From NCBI GenBank assembly GCA_951406725.2, contig OX597829.1:27218001-27282000 (forward strand): a DNA stretch of 64,000 nucleotides. The letters are read 5' to 3'. Of this stretch, positions 1-15,179 are shown in pieces (the stretch's first letter is position 1; every line of letters begins with the position of its first letter). Position numbers and translations under genes: made by a program. Under the pieces are notes generated by a model. That model worked only from the letters and a program-made list of their open reading frames with translations, did no database searches and was not told the origin of the DNA. Source of the DNA: Octopus vulgaris. Taxonomy: Eukaryota.

Positions 1-196
1 ATGCATACATATATATATGCATATATATATATATATATATGCATACATATATATATATATATGCATACATATATATATATATATGCATACATATATATAT
101 ATATATATAGCATACATATATATATGTATGCATATATATATATATGTATGCATAAATATATATATATATGTATGCATATATATATATATATATATA
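1..196. repeat. Compound (TA)n/(TATG)n microsatellite
   Basis: Directly visible dinucleotide repeat; source of the YIYI pseudo-ORFs. Confidence 0.95.
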
Positions 197-611
197 ATAC
201 AAAATTAGAGAATGGAGAAACATACTTAAATCAGTAAAACATCAACTATCCGATGATACTCAATCCATACTTTAATACACCATTACATATATAATACATA
301 TATAATACACCTTTACCCATATAATACAATAGATGAACTGTTTGTTTGACAATTTTTAACATCTATGTATTAATTTTGTTGGGTACCTATCTAGCAGTAT
401 ATTGGATATATATTATCCCATGGTGGGTTGAATTTTCAACCCCTATCTCATTTTTATATATATATATATATATATATGTATGCATATATATATATATATG
501 TATGCATATATATATATATATATATATATGTATGCATATATATATGAATCAAGTAATGTGAGGAAGATAAGATATGTAGTTTGATTTGTCAAAAATTTTA
601 TCATTACATGT

Positions 612-860
612 GAGGGAACACAGAGCTCAGTTTTTCTCAAATGGGCAGGTCTTTTCAAAAAACTCATATTGCCAGATATTTCAGTCCATTGTCATCCATG
701 ATGCCCAAAATCCTGAGATCAGTGCTCACTATTTCATCTGATGTCTTCCTGGGTCTCTTTTGTCCACAGGTGCCATATATACTAGGAGAAGTCAAAAATT
801 ATCTGCACTTTCACCATAGCATATCTTTATTATTGTCACACTGCCTTCTGCACATCCATG
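612..860 (-). mobile_element. Highly degraded RTE LINE C-terminal fragment
   Basis: gtcttcctgggtctcttttgtccacaggtgcc resembles the GTCGRGRPRKTW region of the younger RTE copies. Confidence 0.55.
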
Positions 861-949
861 CTTATAGTTGGTAGTATTGTGGTCACATGATTGAAGTTCA
901 AGCCTGATCACATCATTTTTCTTTCTGGCTTTACAGTGACCACTCTACT

Positions 950-1190
950 AGCAATGTTCAACAAAGATGAACAAAGAGCAGTGATTTGATTTCTCTGGTG
1001 TGTCAGGTGCTGAAATTCATTGGAGGCTTTTAGCACAAAACGGGGACAGTGCACTATCACGTAGAAGTATGTATGAGTGTATTGAGAAGTTTGAAAGTGG
1101 CCAGAGAAGCATGATGCACGAAAAGGGAGTGGGATGCCCATCAACCTCCACCACTGTTGAGAAGATTCAGCAAGCTTGAGAGATGGTAGA
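950..1190 (+). mobile_element. mariner transposase N-terminal HTH relic
   Basis: Broken frames read KDEQRAVI*FL..SGAEIHWRLLAQNGDSALSRRSMYECIEKFESGQRS..G.PSTS, a typical mariner N-terminus. Confidence 0.6.
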
Positions 1191-1343
1191 GTGGCCATGC
1201 TTACGCTGTAAAGCCAGAAAGGAAAATGGCAAGATCAGGCTCAAACTTTGCTCATGCGACCACAATAGTACCAACTCTAAGCATACATGCAGAAAGCAGT
1301 GTGACAATAACAAAGATGTTATGGTGAAAGTGCAGGTAATTTT

Positions 1344-1375
<32 letters not shown>

Positions 1376-1379
<4 letters not shown>

Positions 1380-2248
1380 GTCATACTTTATACTTTATAC
1401 TTTATATTTTTCAAAATTAAGATGAAGTTCTTTTTCTCCTTCATTTTCTGCAATGCTCTTCCATTTATCTCGTAGACTTGCAAGGCCCCTCTTCCAAAAT
1501 TCACTTGTCTATGAGGAAAAATACTCCAGTACTGTACTGACCTCATCTACAGAAATCATATTTTTCTGTTCAAATGATTTTGAAGATTGTGGAATAAATA
1601 ATAATCAGATGGGGCAATGTCTGGTGAAAATGGTGGGTGGAGCATCGTTTCCCATTCAAACTGTTCCATCCTTTGGAATGTCATCCCACTGTATGATGGA
1701 AGAACACCTTTCATCTTGAAACCAAAGATCGTTGCTTTCCTTCTAGCACAGTTGTCGATGACTGGTTGAGTAACCAAATCCAAGCTCCTCTGCTAGTTCC
1801 TCAACAGTTACAGTGGAATTCTGTTCCACCAGGGTTTGCAGAACATCCTTGTCAAGCTCTTATAGGATGAGGCTTGTCTTCTAGGCTATAGTTTTCATAT
1901 ATATATGTATGTATCCATACATATATATATAGTTTCCAGCTTATATGTATTATCCGATGCCCATATACTGCATTAATATTCCTCGCACTTTCTGATGCAT
2001 TGTTGCCTTTATTGAACTCATAAAACAAAATATGCTGAATATGCTCCTTTGTCACAACCATTATAAGTTTGAAAAAAAAATAACTGTTAAAATCGAACTG
2101 TACTCTTCAAAACTTGCACTTAGAATAAGTACAAAGTAAAATTACTACCTGCTTTTATAGCAAGTTGATGCAGGTAGTTTAACCCATCCCCCTCCAATTT
2201 TTAGTTCATGTAATTGAAAAAAACCACATTATTTATGGGATGACCCAA
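1376..2248 (-). mobile_element. Internally deleted mariner DNA transposon
   Basis: TA-flanked termini TTGGGTCAT...ATGACCCAA; ORF 1852-2061 (HIQHILFYEFNKGNNASESARNINAVYG) and ORF 1556-1783 (HPPFSPDIAPSDYYLF, the mariner YSPDLAPSD motif). Confidence 0.9.
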
Positions 2249-3311
2249 TATATATATATATATATATGTGTAGAGGCATTTATGTGGATAAACAAATTAG
2301 ACATATTAAATATAATAATTTGGATATGAAATACAAAATATGTATATATGTATACATGCAAGACGAGAAAAAGCAAAGGCTGGAGACTTTCAGATGATGA
2401 ATATTTAAGTATGAATATATAGATATAGTAATCGATTCAACTTCCACAGAGTACAAATGACAGAAAATTAAAGGGTTAGAAGAATGGTGCTATAAGTCCA
2501 ACAACTGTTTCTAGGAGTTCAAAGATCCATAAGAATGTTGATAGATGTAGATCATCATAATATGCAGTCATAATGGATGCAATCAACATTGGATAAGATG
2601 AGCCTTTGTCATCAGTGTAGAGAAGAGCTTACATGCAGAGAAGTTCAAAGATGGAAGGATTAAATGTAGAAAGCTAGCTGTTTTAGAGAGGGGTAAAGTG
2701 GGAAGGTTGGTGGGGTTATGGGAGGTGTTGAGACAGAATTGTGTGAGGAGAAAAGAGAGCTAGTTCAGGAAGAGAGAGGGGGTTAATAATGAGTATTAAA
2801 GGAGTTAGTAGTAGAGGTGGAGAATTAAGAGGTGAATAGGAGGGGTAGGATAGATGGTAATTGAAAGGTAGTCTATTGTGTTGGGGTTGTGTATAGGTGT
2901 CAAAATTTAGGGATAGTAGCTTTAGAATTATTGGAAGTTGAGATAGTGAGAGAAGGAATGGCAATTATTTGAGGTAGGGAGAGTGTCTAATTTAGTGGCA
3001 GGAGGTGATTACTAAGGTATGAGAGAAGATAGGGTGAAGATTGAGAGTAGGGGGTAGAGGAATAGCTTGGGGGTCGAGATAGCAGTGGTTAGTACAGTAA
3101 TGAATGTGAGTTGGTAATGGAGAGGGAGTACTAAGGTATCCAGAAGAGTATGAAGCTGAATAGAGGGAGGGAGCGATCGATAAGTTAGTATCTGAGTGGG
3201 ATAGTTTTAAATGCCTTTGGCTGAAGGGGGGAAATGAGAAAATAGGGACAGAAAACAACTTGTGAGGCTAGGTAAGGCTATGAGGGAGATTGATAATCCC
3301 TCACTATTTGT

Positions 3312-3509
3312 TTTGTGTGTGTGTATATATATATATGTGTACATAAATATAAGAATATATGTATGTATGTATATATATATGTATGTGTATGCATATATAT
3401 GTGGTATGTATATATGTATGTGTGTATATATGTATGTGCGTATATATGTATGTGTATGTATATGTGTGTGTATATATATATGTATGTATATTGTGTGTGT
3501 ATATATATA

Positions 3510-3552
<43 letters not shown>

Positions 3553-3625
3553 GTATGTGTATATATATATGTGTGTGGATAGATATATATATATGTGTGT
3601 ATATATATGTATATATACTATATAT
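3312..3625. repeat. Compound (TA)/(TG) microsatellite
   Basis: Directly visible. Confidence 0.95.
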
Positions 3626-4457
3626 GTGGGAAGTTCTGTCTGTGGGTGTGTTTGAGGAGTTGTTAGCTAACTCCCCCTACATCGTTTTACCGATTTTGAT
3701 GAAATTTGACATGTGAGTAGAATTCATGTCTGGAAACCTCATCACATACTCAGAATGTTGAAAAAATTATAATAGGGCCCCTTGAAGGGATCCTTATATA
3801 TATATATATCTAATATATTTCATTTTAACAGCTAAGGAAAATAACCCGTTCATTTTCCTAAATAATTTAGTATAAATCAAATTAAGTATGCTTATTTCTT
3901 AGTATTTGAACTGCTAGAGTTATTTTTGCAATTTATCCTGTACAACTCTTAAACAAGTAAATAGTATTTTCTAAACAATAGTTCCACTTATTCGGTTAAT
4001 GACTTATTCACAAATATACCAACACAAGTGTCGCTGAGGGTAATATTCTATGAAAATGCACAAAAGCCCTTTTCAGAGTTATTTACTTTGATTTGTTATC
4101 TCATATCTGATTAGCCTCTTATTACATAACATCTTTCAGATTTTACTGTACATAAATTATTAGTATTCCCTCCTAAATTCTATATATTAGAGCCCTTTTT
4201 TAGGCTACTTTATTTGAATTCTCACTATCAGGTAACTAATTTTATGTTATTAGATAACTGACATCACATTTTAGATATTCATAACATTAGGAATTCTGAA
4301 AAACAAGATCCTGTATAAGGGAGTTAGGTATTCTCTGTAAATGCACAAAAGCTGTTTTAAGGGTTACATACTTTGCTATTGGATTAGCGATACAACTATG
4401 AGAATGGAACCAAGGGATGAGCCCCACCCTCCCAGGAATTGCCAGGTACGTCAGATA

Positions 4458-4789
4458 ATATATATATATATATCTGTATATATATATATATGTACATATA
4501 TGTGTGTGTATATATATATGTATATATATATATATGTACATATGTGTGTGTATATATGTATATATATATATATATGAACATATGTGTGTGTATATATATA
4601 TAGATATATATATGTGTGTGTATATATATGTATATACAAGTTTATATATATGTATATGTATTTATATATGTATATATATGTGTATATATATATATGTATA
4701 TATGTCTATGGCTATGTATATATATACATATATATGTCTGTATATGCATGTACATATGTTATGTATATGCATATATATGTGTATATGTT
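4458..4789. repeat. Compound (TA)/(TG) microsatellite
   Basis: Directly visible. Confidence 0.95.
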
Positions 4790-5579
4790 AATCATTGTCA
4801 TTGTTCAACCGTGATTGAGACAATGGAATTTACTATGTTACACCAGACTTCACGGTCCATCATAGCATTACGGAGGTCCTGTTGCTGGATGCCTGTATTC
4901 CTTGTGATTACATCAGGGTAGGAGAGTGTGTACCCTCTGGTATCGTGAGCAGATGGCTTTCAGAGGAGAAGAATAGAAATTACCTCGTTTTCAGCTCTAC
5001 AACAATGTCCAGCAAACTGGACTCTTCTACTTTTCACAAGAAATGATATAGGTGGTAATTTCCAATATTTTTGTACTTTGGTTGGATGACACTTCCACGA
5101 GAGATTTTGAGCTCCCATAAGGAGGCGAGTGTAAGTTCCATCCAACCGCCTCTCAAGCTTCTTTGATAACGTCCAGGTTTCTGAGCCATATAGTAGAATT
5201 GGTTCGACTGTGGCTTTGAAGATTGTAAGTTTGAAATCTCTACTTAGATTTGATGACCAGATCTTATGCATATCATTACAGGCTGACCAGGCCATACCCT
5301 TTCTAGTTAGAAAATCTTTTTCAGATGATATGTACGACCCAAGATATTTGTAATCAGAAACCATATTTAAGAAACTTTGCTGATGACATCACTCTTATCA
5401 GTGATTCTCTCTCCAATGCCCAGTCTCTTTTACAATCTCTTGAACAAGCCTCAAATTGTGTAGGTCTTTACCTCAATGAGTCCAAGACTGAATATGTAAA
5501 CAAGTGCCTGTCCAACAGTGATTTCATCATCCATACTCTCAACAATACGCTCTTAAATATAGTTTCTGATTACAAATAT
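4790..5579 (-). mobile_element. Second RTE-like LINE family, 5'-truncated with 5' inversion
   Basis: Minus strand: YKYLGS..VEPILLYGSETWTL..RRVQFAGHC..MMDREVW to a stop near 4800. Plus strand 5373-5579: FADDITL..GLYLNESKTEY..IVSDYKY. Confidence 0.85.
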
Positions 5580-5693
5580 GTATATGTATATATGTATATA
5601 TAAATACATATGTATATATATATATATATATATATGCATATTTATATATATATATATATGTATGTGTATGTAGATATATGTATGTATATGTAG

Positions 5694-5738
<45 letters not shown>

Positions 5739-5876
5739 AATGTATGTATATGTATATATATATATATGTATATATGCATGTATATATATATGTGTGTGTG
5801 TGTATATATGTATATGTATATATATATATATGTATGCATATGTATGTATATATATATATATAAATGCATATGTATG

Positions 5877-5923
<47 letters not shown>
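5580..5923. repeat. Compound (TA)n microsatellite
   Basis: Directly visible. Confidence 0.95.
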
Positions 5924-5925
<2 letters not shown>

Positions 5926-5944
5926 GAAATCATGTGCTGGAAAG

Positions 5945-6218
5945 AAAACAGTTGCATTGTGGAAGGTGTTTATAAGCCATTTAAAAACACACAAGAATTA
6001 TTAGATTCACTTCAACATTTAAAATTAATTTCCCAACATATTTCCAGCACTTTGAGACTGCGATCTGTTCAGTGACACTGAATTTTGTAAATGAACAGGT
6101 TACGGTCTCAAAGCAATGAAAATATTTTGACAAATTTAATTTAAATGTTGAAGTGAATCTAACAGTTTTTGTGTATTTTTAAATGGCTTAAAAACACCTT
6201 CCACACTGCAATTGTTTA
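5945..6218. mobile_element. Foldback element with ~125-bp inverted arms (MITE or inverted Penelope-like ends)
   Basis: aaacagttgcattgtggaaggtgtttataagccatttaaaaa...ttagattcacttcaacatttaaa matches the reverse complement of ~6140-6217; inner ctttgagac..ctgttca pairs with tgaacagg..gtctcaaag. Confidence 0.8.
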
Positions 6219-6258
6219 TATATATATACACACACATATATATATATATATATATACA

Positions 6259-6750
6259 TATCATCATCATCTAATGCCTGCTTTCCATGCTAGCATGGAT
6301 TGGATGATTTGACTGAGGACTGGCGAACCACATGGCTGTACCAGGCTCCAATATGATCGGGCAGAGTTTCTACAACTAGATGTCCTTCCTAATGCCAACC
6401 ACTCCGAGAGTGTAGTAGGGGATTTTACATGCCACTAGTACAAGGGCCAGTCAGGCGGTACTGACAACGGCCATGCTCAAATGGTGTTTTTTACGTGCCA
6501 TCTGCACAGGACCCAGACAAGTGGCACTGGCAACGACTTCGCTTGAATGTTTTTTCATGTGCCAGCAGCACAAGTGCCTGTAAAGCAATGCTGGTAACGA
6601 TCACACTCGAATGGTGCTTTTTACATGTCACCGGCATGGAAGCCAGTCAGCTGCTTTGGCAATGATGACGCTCAAATGGTGCTCTTAGCGTTCCCCTAGC
6701 ACGGATGCCAGTCATCGAATTTGATTTCGATTTCGATTTCACTTGCCTCA
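6259..6750 (-). mobile_element. RTE family 3' UTR-only copy
   Basis: (CAT)n tail, ttccatgctagcatgg, cttcctaatgccaaccactccgagagtgtagt, repeat units and (GATTTC)n, all as in the longer copies. Confidence 0.9.
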
Positions 6751-8526
<1,776 letters not shown>

Positions 8527-8529
<3 letters not shown>

Positions 8530-11500
8530 TCATCATCATCATCATCATCATTGTTTAACATCTGCTTTCCATTTCCATGCTAGCATGGGTTGGACAATTT
8601 GACTGAGGACTGGCGAACCAGATGGCTACACCAGATTCCAATCTTGATTTCGCACAGTTTCTACAGCTGGATGCCCTTCCTAACGCCAACCACTCCGAGA
8701 GTGTAGTGGGTGCTTTTATGTTCCACTGGCACGAGGGCCAGTCAGGCGACACTGACAACGGGCATAGAAAAATTGTTTGTTTTTTTTTAACGTGTCACCT
8801 GCACACCGGCACAAGTGCCAGTAAGGCGACACTAGTAATGATCACGCTTGAATGGTGCATTTTACGTGCAACCAGAATGAGCGCCAGTTAGCCACTCTGG
8901 CAACGATCATGCTCTGGTGGTGCTCTTAGTGCTCCAGTAGCACGGATGCCAACCATTGAATTTGATTTTGATTCCGATTTCACTTGCCCCAACAGGTCTT
9001 CACAAGCTTTGTCTGATGAAGGGAAGGTACACATAAAAGGGCTGATTACACCCCTGGCTTAGGCCACAAGGTTATGGTCTCACTTGGCTTGCCGGGTCTT
9101 CTCAAGCACAGCATATTTCCAAAAGTCTCGGTCACTAGTCTTGCCTCAGTGAGGTCTAATGTTCGAAGGTCGTGCTTCACCACTTCATCACAGGTCTTCC
9201 TGGGTCTACCTCTTGCACAGGTTCCCTCAACCGCTAGAGTGTGGCACTTTTTGACACAACTATCCTTATTCATTCTCGCCGCATTACCATACCAGTGCAG
9301 TCATCTCTCTTGCACACTACATCTGATGCTTCTTAGGTCCAACTTTTCTCTCAAGGTACTTACACTCTGTCGAGTATGCACACTGACATTACACATCCAG
9401 TAGAGCATACTGGTTTCATTATTTGCAAGCTTACATATGTCCTCAGCAGTCATGGCCCATGTTTCACTGTCATGTAGCATGGCTTTTTGTACACATGCGT
9501 CATACTGTCTACCTTTTATTCTGAGCAAGAGGCCCTTTGTCACCAGCAGAGGTAAGAGCTCTCTAAACTTTGCCCAGGCTATTCTTATTCTAGCAGCTAC
9601 ACTTTCAGCACACCCTCTCCCACTACTGACTTGGTCACCTAGGTAACGAAAGTTATCAGCTACTTCTTGTTTTTCTCACTGTGGTGGAAGTTCTTTGCAC
9701 ATTTTCAGTGCTTATTGCTCCTGAGCATCTGCCACGTACAAAAACTATCTTCCCAGTTAGCCTTCCTTTGATATTGCTGCACCTCTTATGTGTCTATAGC
9801 TTACACAGGGTACATTTTATAGAACTTCTACCTACACTTTTTCTACAGATCAAGCAGGGTCATCTACCTGAAGGGATTTGTGGTTTGCCTGCCTTCCTAC
9901 TTATTAGGACTTTAGTTTTAGCTAGGTTGACTCTAAGGCCCTTTGAGTCTAATCCTTGTTTCCACACCTGAAACTTCTCCTCTAGTTCTGATAGTGACTC
10001 AGCAATTAGAGAAAGGTCGTCAGTATAGAGGCGCTCCCAGAGCAATCCTGTCTTGCATTCCTCTGTTATTGCCTGGAGGACTGTGATAAATAGCAGTGGC
10101 TGAGGACTGAACCTTGGTGGACTGCTACCTCCACCTGGAATTCTTCACTGTACTAGTTCCCAACCCTCACCTTACTGACAGTGTCCCTGTACATGGTTTG
10201 CACAGCTCTCACTAACCATTCATCTATTCCTAGTTTCCTCATTGACCACCAGATAAGGGATCGGGGGACCCTGTCAAAGGCTTTCTCCAGGTACAGAGGT
10301 TTGTATTTGGCCTGGTTTCTCCTGCAGCTGTCTTACCAGAAATATAGCATCAGTGGTGATTTCCCTGGCACAAACCCAAACTGCATCTCATCTAAACTGA
10401 CTCTCTCCCTAATTAGTTGGACTATGACCCTCTCCGTGACCTTCATTACCTGATTTAACAACTTGATACCTCTGTAATTATTTGTATCTAAAGTGTCACC
10501 ATTTTCTTTGTCGCAGCTGACTATAGTGCTGCTACACCAGTCATTGGGTATGACTCCTTCGTATATCACCTAGTTAACTATACGGGGGACTAGGTATAGC
10601 TGACACTACCAGATATTTTGAGCATCTCTGCAGTGATTCCTGATGGGCTGGGGTCTTTCCCTGTCTTCATATTCATATTCTTTATCTACCAAGGATAACA
10701 GGTCCCTCTTTTGGGTTGACATTTGGCAGACTCCCTTTCTCCCATTCATTTTCTTCATTCAGCAACCTTTCATAATGGTGTCTCCAAACCTCTCTCCTTA
10801 CAGCCTCGTCTAGAGCAAGTGAACCATCATCCATGCGAACATATTTCTCACCTACAACATCACGATTCTCTCTCACACACAGTCTTGCAACATGAAATAC
10901 CTCAAGTCTTTAGTCCACACGGCGCAGAACATTGGCAAATTTATTCTTATCTGCTTCTCCTCTGGTTAAATAAACTTGCATTGTAGCTTCCCTTCTGGCA
11001 GTCTGACACACTTCCCTGCTACCCTTGTTCCTCCAGTCCTTCCAAGCCTGTTTCTTTTCTCTAATAGCCCTATCAACAACATCGTTCCACCACCATGTTA
11101 TTTTGGGTTGAGAGGGGACTTTGCACCATCCACAGATCTGGTCAGTGGCCCTCAGCAGATTGTACTGTAGAAACCTCCAGTTGTCTTCTACATTGTGTGA
11201 AGCTATATCCCCTGATATTTTGTCAAAGGCTTCAAGTAATATGTCTCTAAATCTCTGTCCATTCGCAGGATCTTTAAGCTTCCAGACCCTTCTCCTCCAT
11301 GCTGGTCATCTTCTGGGCATCCACTTAGCCCTGATCCTGAAGTCACTAACTTCCAGTCTATGTTGTAGGGTACATTCTTCACCTGGGAAGGTTTTGGCAT
11401 TCATAAGCAGCCATCTTTCCCTTTTTCTGGTGACGATGTAGTCAATTTGACTAGTGTGTCTGCCAGAATGGTAGGTGACTAGGTGACTAGCAGTTTTCTG

Positions 11501-12118
11501 AAGTTAGTATTGCAAACCATAAGGTCATTTGCATCGCAGAACTCCAGCAGCCTGGTTCCCTCCTCATTGCGGGAGCTAAAACTGTAGCCTCCATGTACGC
11601 CATGGAAGGCCCCAGCATGTTGTCCAACATGTCCATTGAAGTCACCAGCCACAAGAAGGTCCCTATCATTCGTCAACGCAATAGTCTGCAAGAGGGTGTC
11701 ATAGAATCGGTCTTTCTGGCCATCAGGTAGTCCCGGATGAAGGGCATAGGCCAAGATAATGGTTGCTAACCCATGATGAAGCACTAATCTAATTTTAAGT
11801 ATTCTGTCGCATACTCTGACTACCTCGACTACTGTATCTACCCATTTTTCAGCAAGAAGTATACCCACGCCCCCGACCCCATCAGTATTCCCTGCCCAGA
11901 AAAATCTTGTACCTGTGTTCTTTGCTTGTGAGGAACCTAGCAGAACCTCCTCTCCACCTTACTTCTTGGATACAGCATATATCAACACATCTCTGCTCAA
12001 GCATCTCAACAATCTCACCAGACCTACCTTTCAGTGTGCCGACGTTGAGAGTGCCAACCCTGAGGGTATGGAAGGTATGGGCCCTCGAGACCCTGGGATG
12101 GGGGATAGTAGCATCATG
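8527..12118 (-). mobile_element. Near full-length degraded RTE LINE (APE endonuclease + RT with PHD insert)
   Basis: [62 protein letters not shown]; many stops and frameshifts; (CAT)n tail at 8527. Confidence 0.93.
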
Positions 12119-12122
12119 TATG

Positions 12123-12181
<59 letters not shown>

Positions 12182-12292
12182 ATATATGTATACATGCATA
12201 TATATGTATATGTATATACATGTATATATGTATGTGTGTGTGTATATATATATGTGTGTATATGTATGTGTGTGTATATGTATATATATATG

Positions 12293-12624
12293 GAAGGCAC
12301 ATGGCTTAGTGGTTAGAGCATCGAGCTTACAATAATGAGATTGTGAGTTCGATTGCTGGACCGGGTTGCATGTTGTTTTCTTGAGCAAGACACTATTTCA
12401 TGTTGCTTCAGTTCACTCAGCTATAGAAATGATTTGCGATGTCACTGGTGCCAAGCTGTATCAGCCTTTGCCTTTCCCTTGGATAACATCAGTGGCATGG
12501 AGAGGGGAGGCTGGTATGCATGGGCAACTGCTGGTCTTCCATAAACAACCTTGCCCAAACTTGTGCCTCGGTGGGTAACTTTGTATGTGAAATCCCATAG
12601 TCATTCATGACCAAAGGGGGTCTC
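12293..12624 (+). mobile_element. tRNA-derived SINE, family C (CORE-like body)
   Basis: A box TGGCTTAGTGG, B box GAGTTCGATTGC, ttcttgagcaagacact; homologous copy at 58861-59189. Confidence 0.85.
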
Positions 12625-12683
12625 GAATGCATATATATGTGTGTGTATATATATATGTATATATTTGTGAATATATACATACT

Positions 12684-13268
12684 TTTCCTTCTTGGGACAC
12701 AAAACTCCACTTGTGAAGACCCGTTGAGGCAAGTGAAAATCAAAATCAAAATCAAACCAAATCCAATCAGATATCAGAAAGCAGAACCAAAATCGAAGTC
12801 GATCAACATCAATGGAAATTGCAGCTGTGATACCAGTGCCGGTGACAAGCAAGTGAACCATCTGATCGTGGCCGTTGCCAGCACCGCCCCGACTGGCCTC
12901 TGCGCCGGTGGCACGTAAAAGCACCATCCGTTCGTGGCCGTTGCCAGCCTCGCGTGGCACGTAAAAGGCACCATCCGATCATGGCCGTTGCCAGCCTCAC
13001 CTGGCCCCCGTGCCGGTGGCACGTAAAAAGCACCATCCATCCGTGGCCGTTTGCCAGCTCCATCTGGCACCTATGCGGGTGGCACGTAAAAAGCACCCAC
13101 TACACTCACGGAGTGGTTGGCGTTAGGAAGGGCATCCAGACATAGAAACACTGCCAGATCAGACTGGGCCTGATGCAGCCTTCTGGCTTCACAGACTCCA
13201 CAGTTGAACCATCCAACCCATGCTAGCATGGAAAGCGGACACTAAATGATGATGATGATGATGATGAT
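12684..13268 (+). mobile_element. RTE family 3' UTR-only copy
   Basis: (AAAATC)n linker, gtggcacgtaaaagcaccatcc repeats, ggcgttaggaagggcatcc, (TGA)n tail. Confidence 0.92.
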
Positions 13269-13304
13269 ATATATATATGTGCATATATGTATATATATCT
13301 ATAT

Positions 13305-13620
13305 GTTGGTGTATCAGCTGAAACGTTGTGTTAAAAACAAACTAGATGAGGGCAAATATCCGTCAAATATAAATAATGTTATATACACCACTTTACTCGA
13401 ATAATGGAACTGCAATATTTTATGTTATTTCTACTTTCATTCTCTTATTTCCATCTATTTTCCCTATCTCCATAATAATTTCCTTATTTCGAACTCATAT
13501 CATCTATGATGAAGGGATATCCATAATATCCCAGGAACAGCTGTAAGACTATATTTTTTTTCCTTATAAATATCCTGAAAACTTCTCACAGCCTTGGCTT
13601 TATTATTTGTTCTTGTCTAA
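13305..13620 (+). mobile_element. Penelope-like terminal fragments with hammerhead remnants
   Basis: 13313-13379 matches the 3' part of the 47398-47722 element; 13501-13550 tct ATGATGA agggata..tatccc a GGAA cagctg TA aga is a decayed hammerhead. Confidence 0.5.
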
Positions 13621-13643
13621 TATACATTATATATTATATACCT

Positions 13644-13876
13644 ATTTCTTTACTACTCACAAGGGGCTAAACACAGAGAGGACAAACAAGGACAGACAAA
13701 CGAACTAAGTCGAGTATATCGACCCCAGTGCGTAACTGGTACTTATTTAATCGACCCTGAAAGGATGAAAGGCAAAGTCGACCTTGGCGGAATTTGAACT
13801 CAGAACGTAGCGACAGATGAAATACGGCTACGCATTTCGCCCGGTGTGCTAACATTTCTGCCAGCTCACCGCCTTA
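13644..13876 (-). mobile_element. tRNA-derived SINE, family B (Meta-domain-like body)
   Basis: 15-bp TSD atatattatatacct (13629-13643 and 13877-13891); gtcgactttgcctttcatcctttc..ggtcga..taagtacca resembles the Meta/MESC SINE domain. Confidence 0.9.
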
Positions 13877-14490
13877 ATATATTATATACCTGACATATTA
13901 AACTCTTCATGCATATCACGATCAAACCAAGAGTTTAGCTATTGTCTGTCCTTAACACATACTTAGCATTACCTGCCATTCTTTGGGTTTTCTAGATTCC
14001 AAAACCTTTTATATATATGTTTATATATATACTTATATATATGTATATGTGTATATATCTATATATATGTATATATATAAATATATATATCTATATGTAT
14101 ATGTACATGTATATATATATGTGTGTGTGTGTGTCAGTTTGGATGATGTGGCTGTAAAACCTGCTCTGTATATGCATTGGACTTGTTTGGGCATGCTTAC
14201 ATTAAAAAACAATTTTAGAATGACTTTTTTCTCTCAAAATGCTAAAAATAGCTGATCCAACAAAACAAAAAACAACCAAGATTCAACCAAATCAAAAAAT
14301 AAAACCAAATACTAAGTGAACAAAGATGAACCATCCCACTTCCATTGTGCGCACACACATTCACATGCCCTCCCCCCTTTTACATACACACACATATATT
14401 CACACAGTGTTGAAACGCTGTTTGATTTATTTTTTCAGTGTACAATTTTCCTCATCCCACTACCAAGTTTGACATCACCCCTTCTTTCCT

Positions 14491-14695
14491 TATTCATCTA
14501 TCACCTCTTCCTTTCTCATTCATAAACACAAGAGTAATATTATAGCAGATTATCTCAGTAACCATGGGAGCTCTGAAAAGATATGTCATCAACCCTGCCT
14601 TCTTTATTCATGTATCACCCCTTCCTTTCTCATTCATAAACACAAGCTTATTATTATAGTAGATTATCTCGGTAACCATGGGAGCTATGAAAAGA
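14491..14695. repeat. Imperfect direct repeat of ~90 bp with 114-bp period
   Basis: ttattcat.tatcacc.cttcctttctcattcataaacacaag...gtaaccatgggagct.tgaaaaga occurs twice. Confidence 0.85.
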
Positions 14696-14952
14696 ATACA
14701 AAGCCCAGCATCACCACCGGATCATTTTATGCATCTGTGTAATTTTTGTGCAATTCCACCCAGCCATTTGACTGTGAATCCCAAGGCAAGAAAGAATCGG
14801 CCATGTCAAATTTATATGTATAGATATATACATAAATATATTTATGTATATATATATATATACGTATGTATATGTATATATATATGTATATATATATATA
14901 TATGTATAAATATATACATATATATATGTACATATGTGTGTTAGTATATATA

Positions 14953-14988
<36 letters not shown>

Positions 14989-15179
14989 AAAATTCTATAA
15001 TTATAAACATAATTATAATTAGGGTTCAGCAAAATTTGCTTCACCACATACCAAAATTTAGAAATAGCAGTTAAATACTATTCCACTATCATAAGATATC
15101 CCCCAGACAGCAATACTCTACAACTCATGCAGGTAAAGAGAAAAAATAATGAATCCACCTGGCTTTGTACACGTGTTTC

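Noticed and set aside
2495-2625. Hammerhead on the minus strand (CTGATGA ... GAAACAGTTG)
   Set aside because: The core halves are about 100 nt apart and stem I does not pair convincingly
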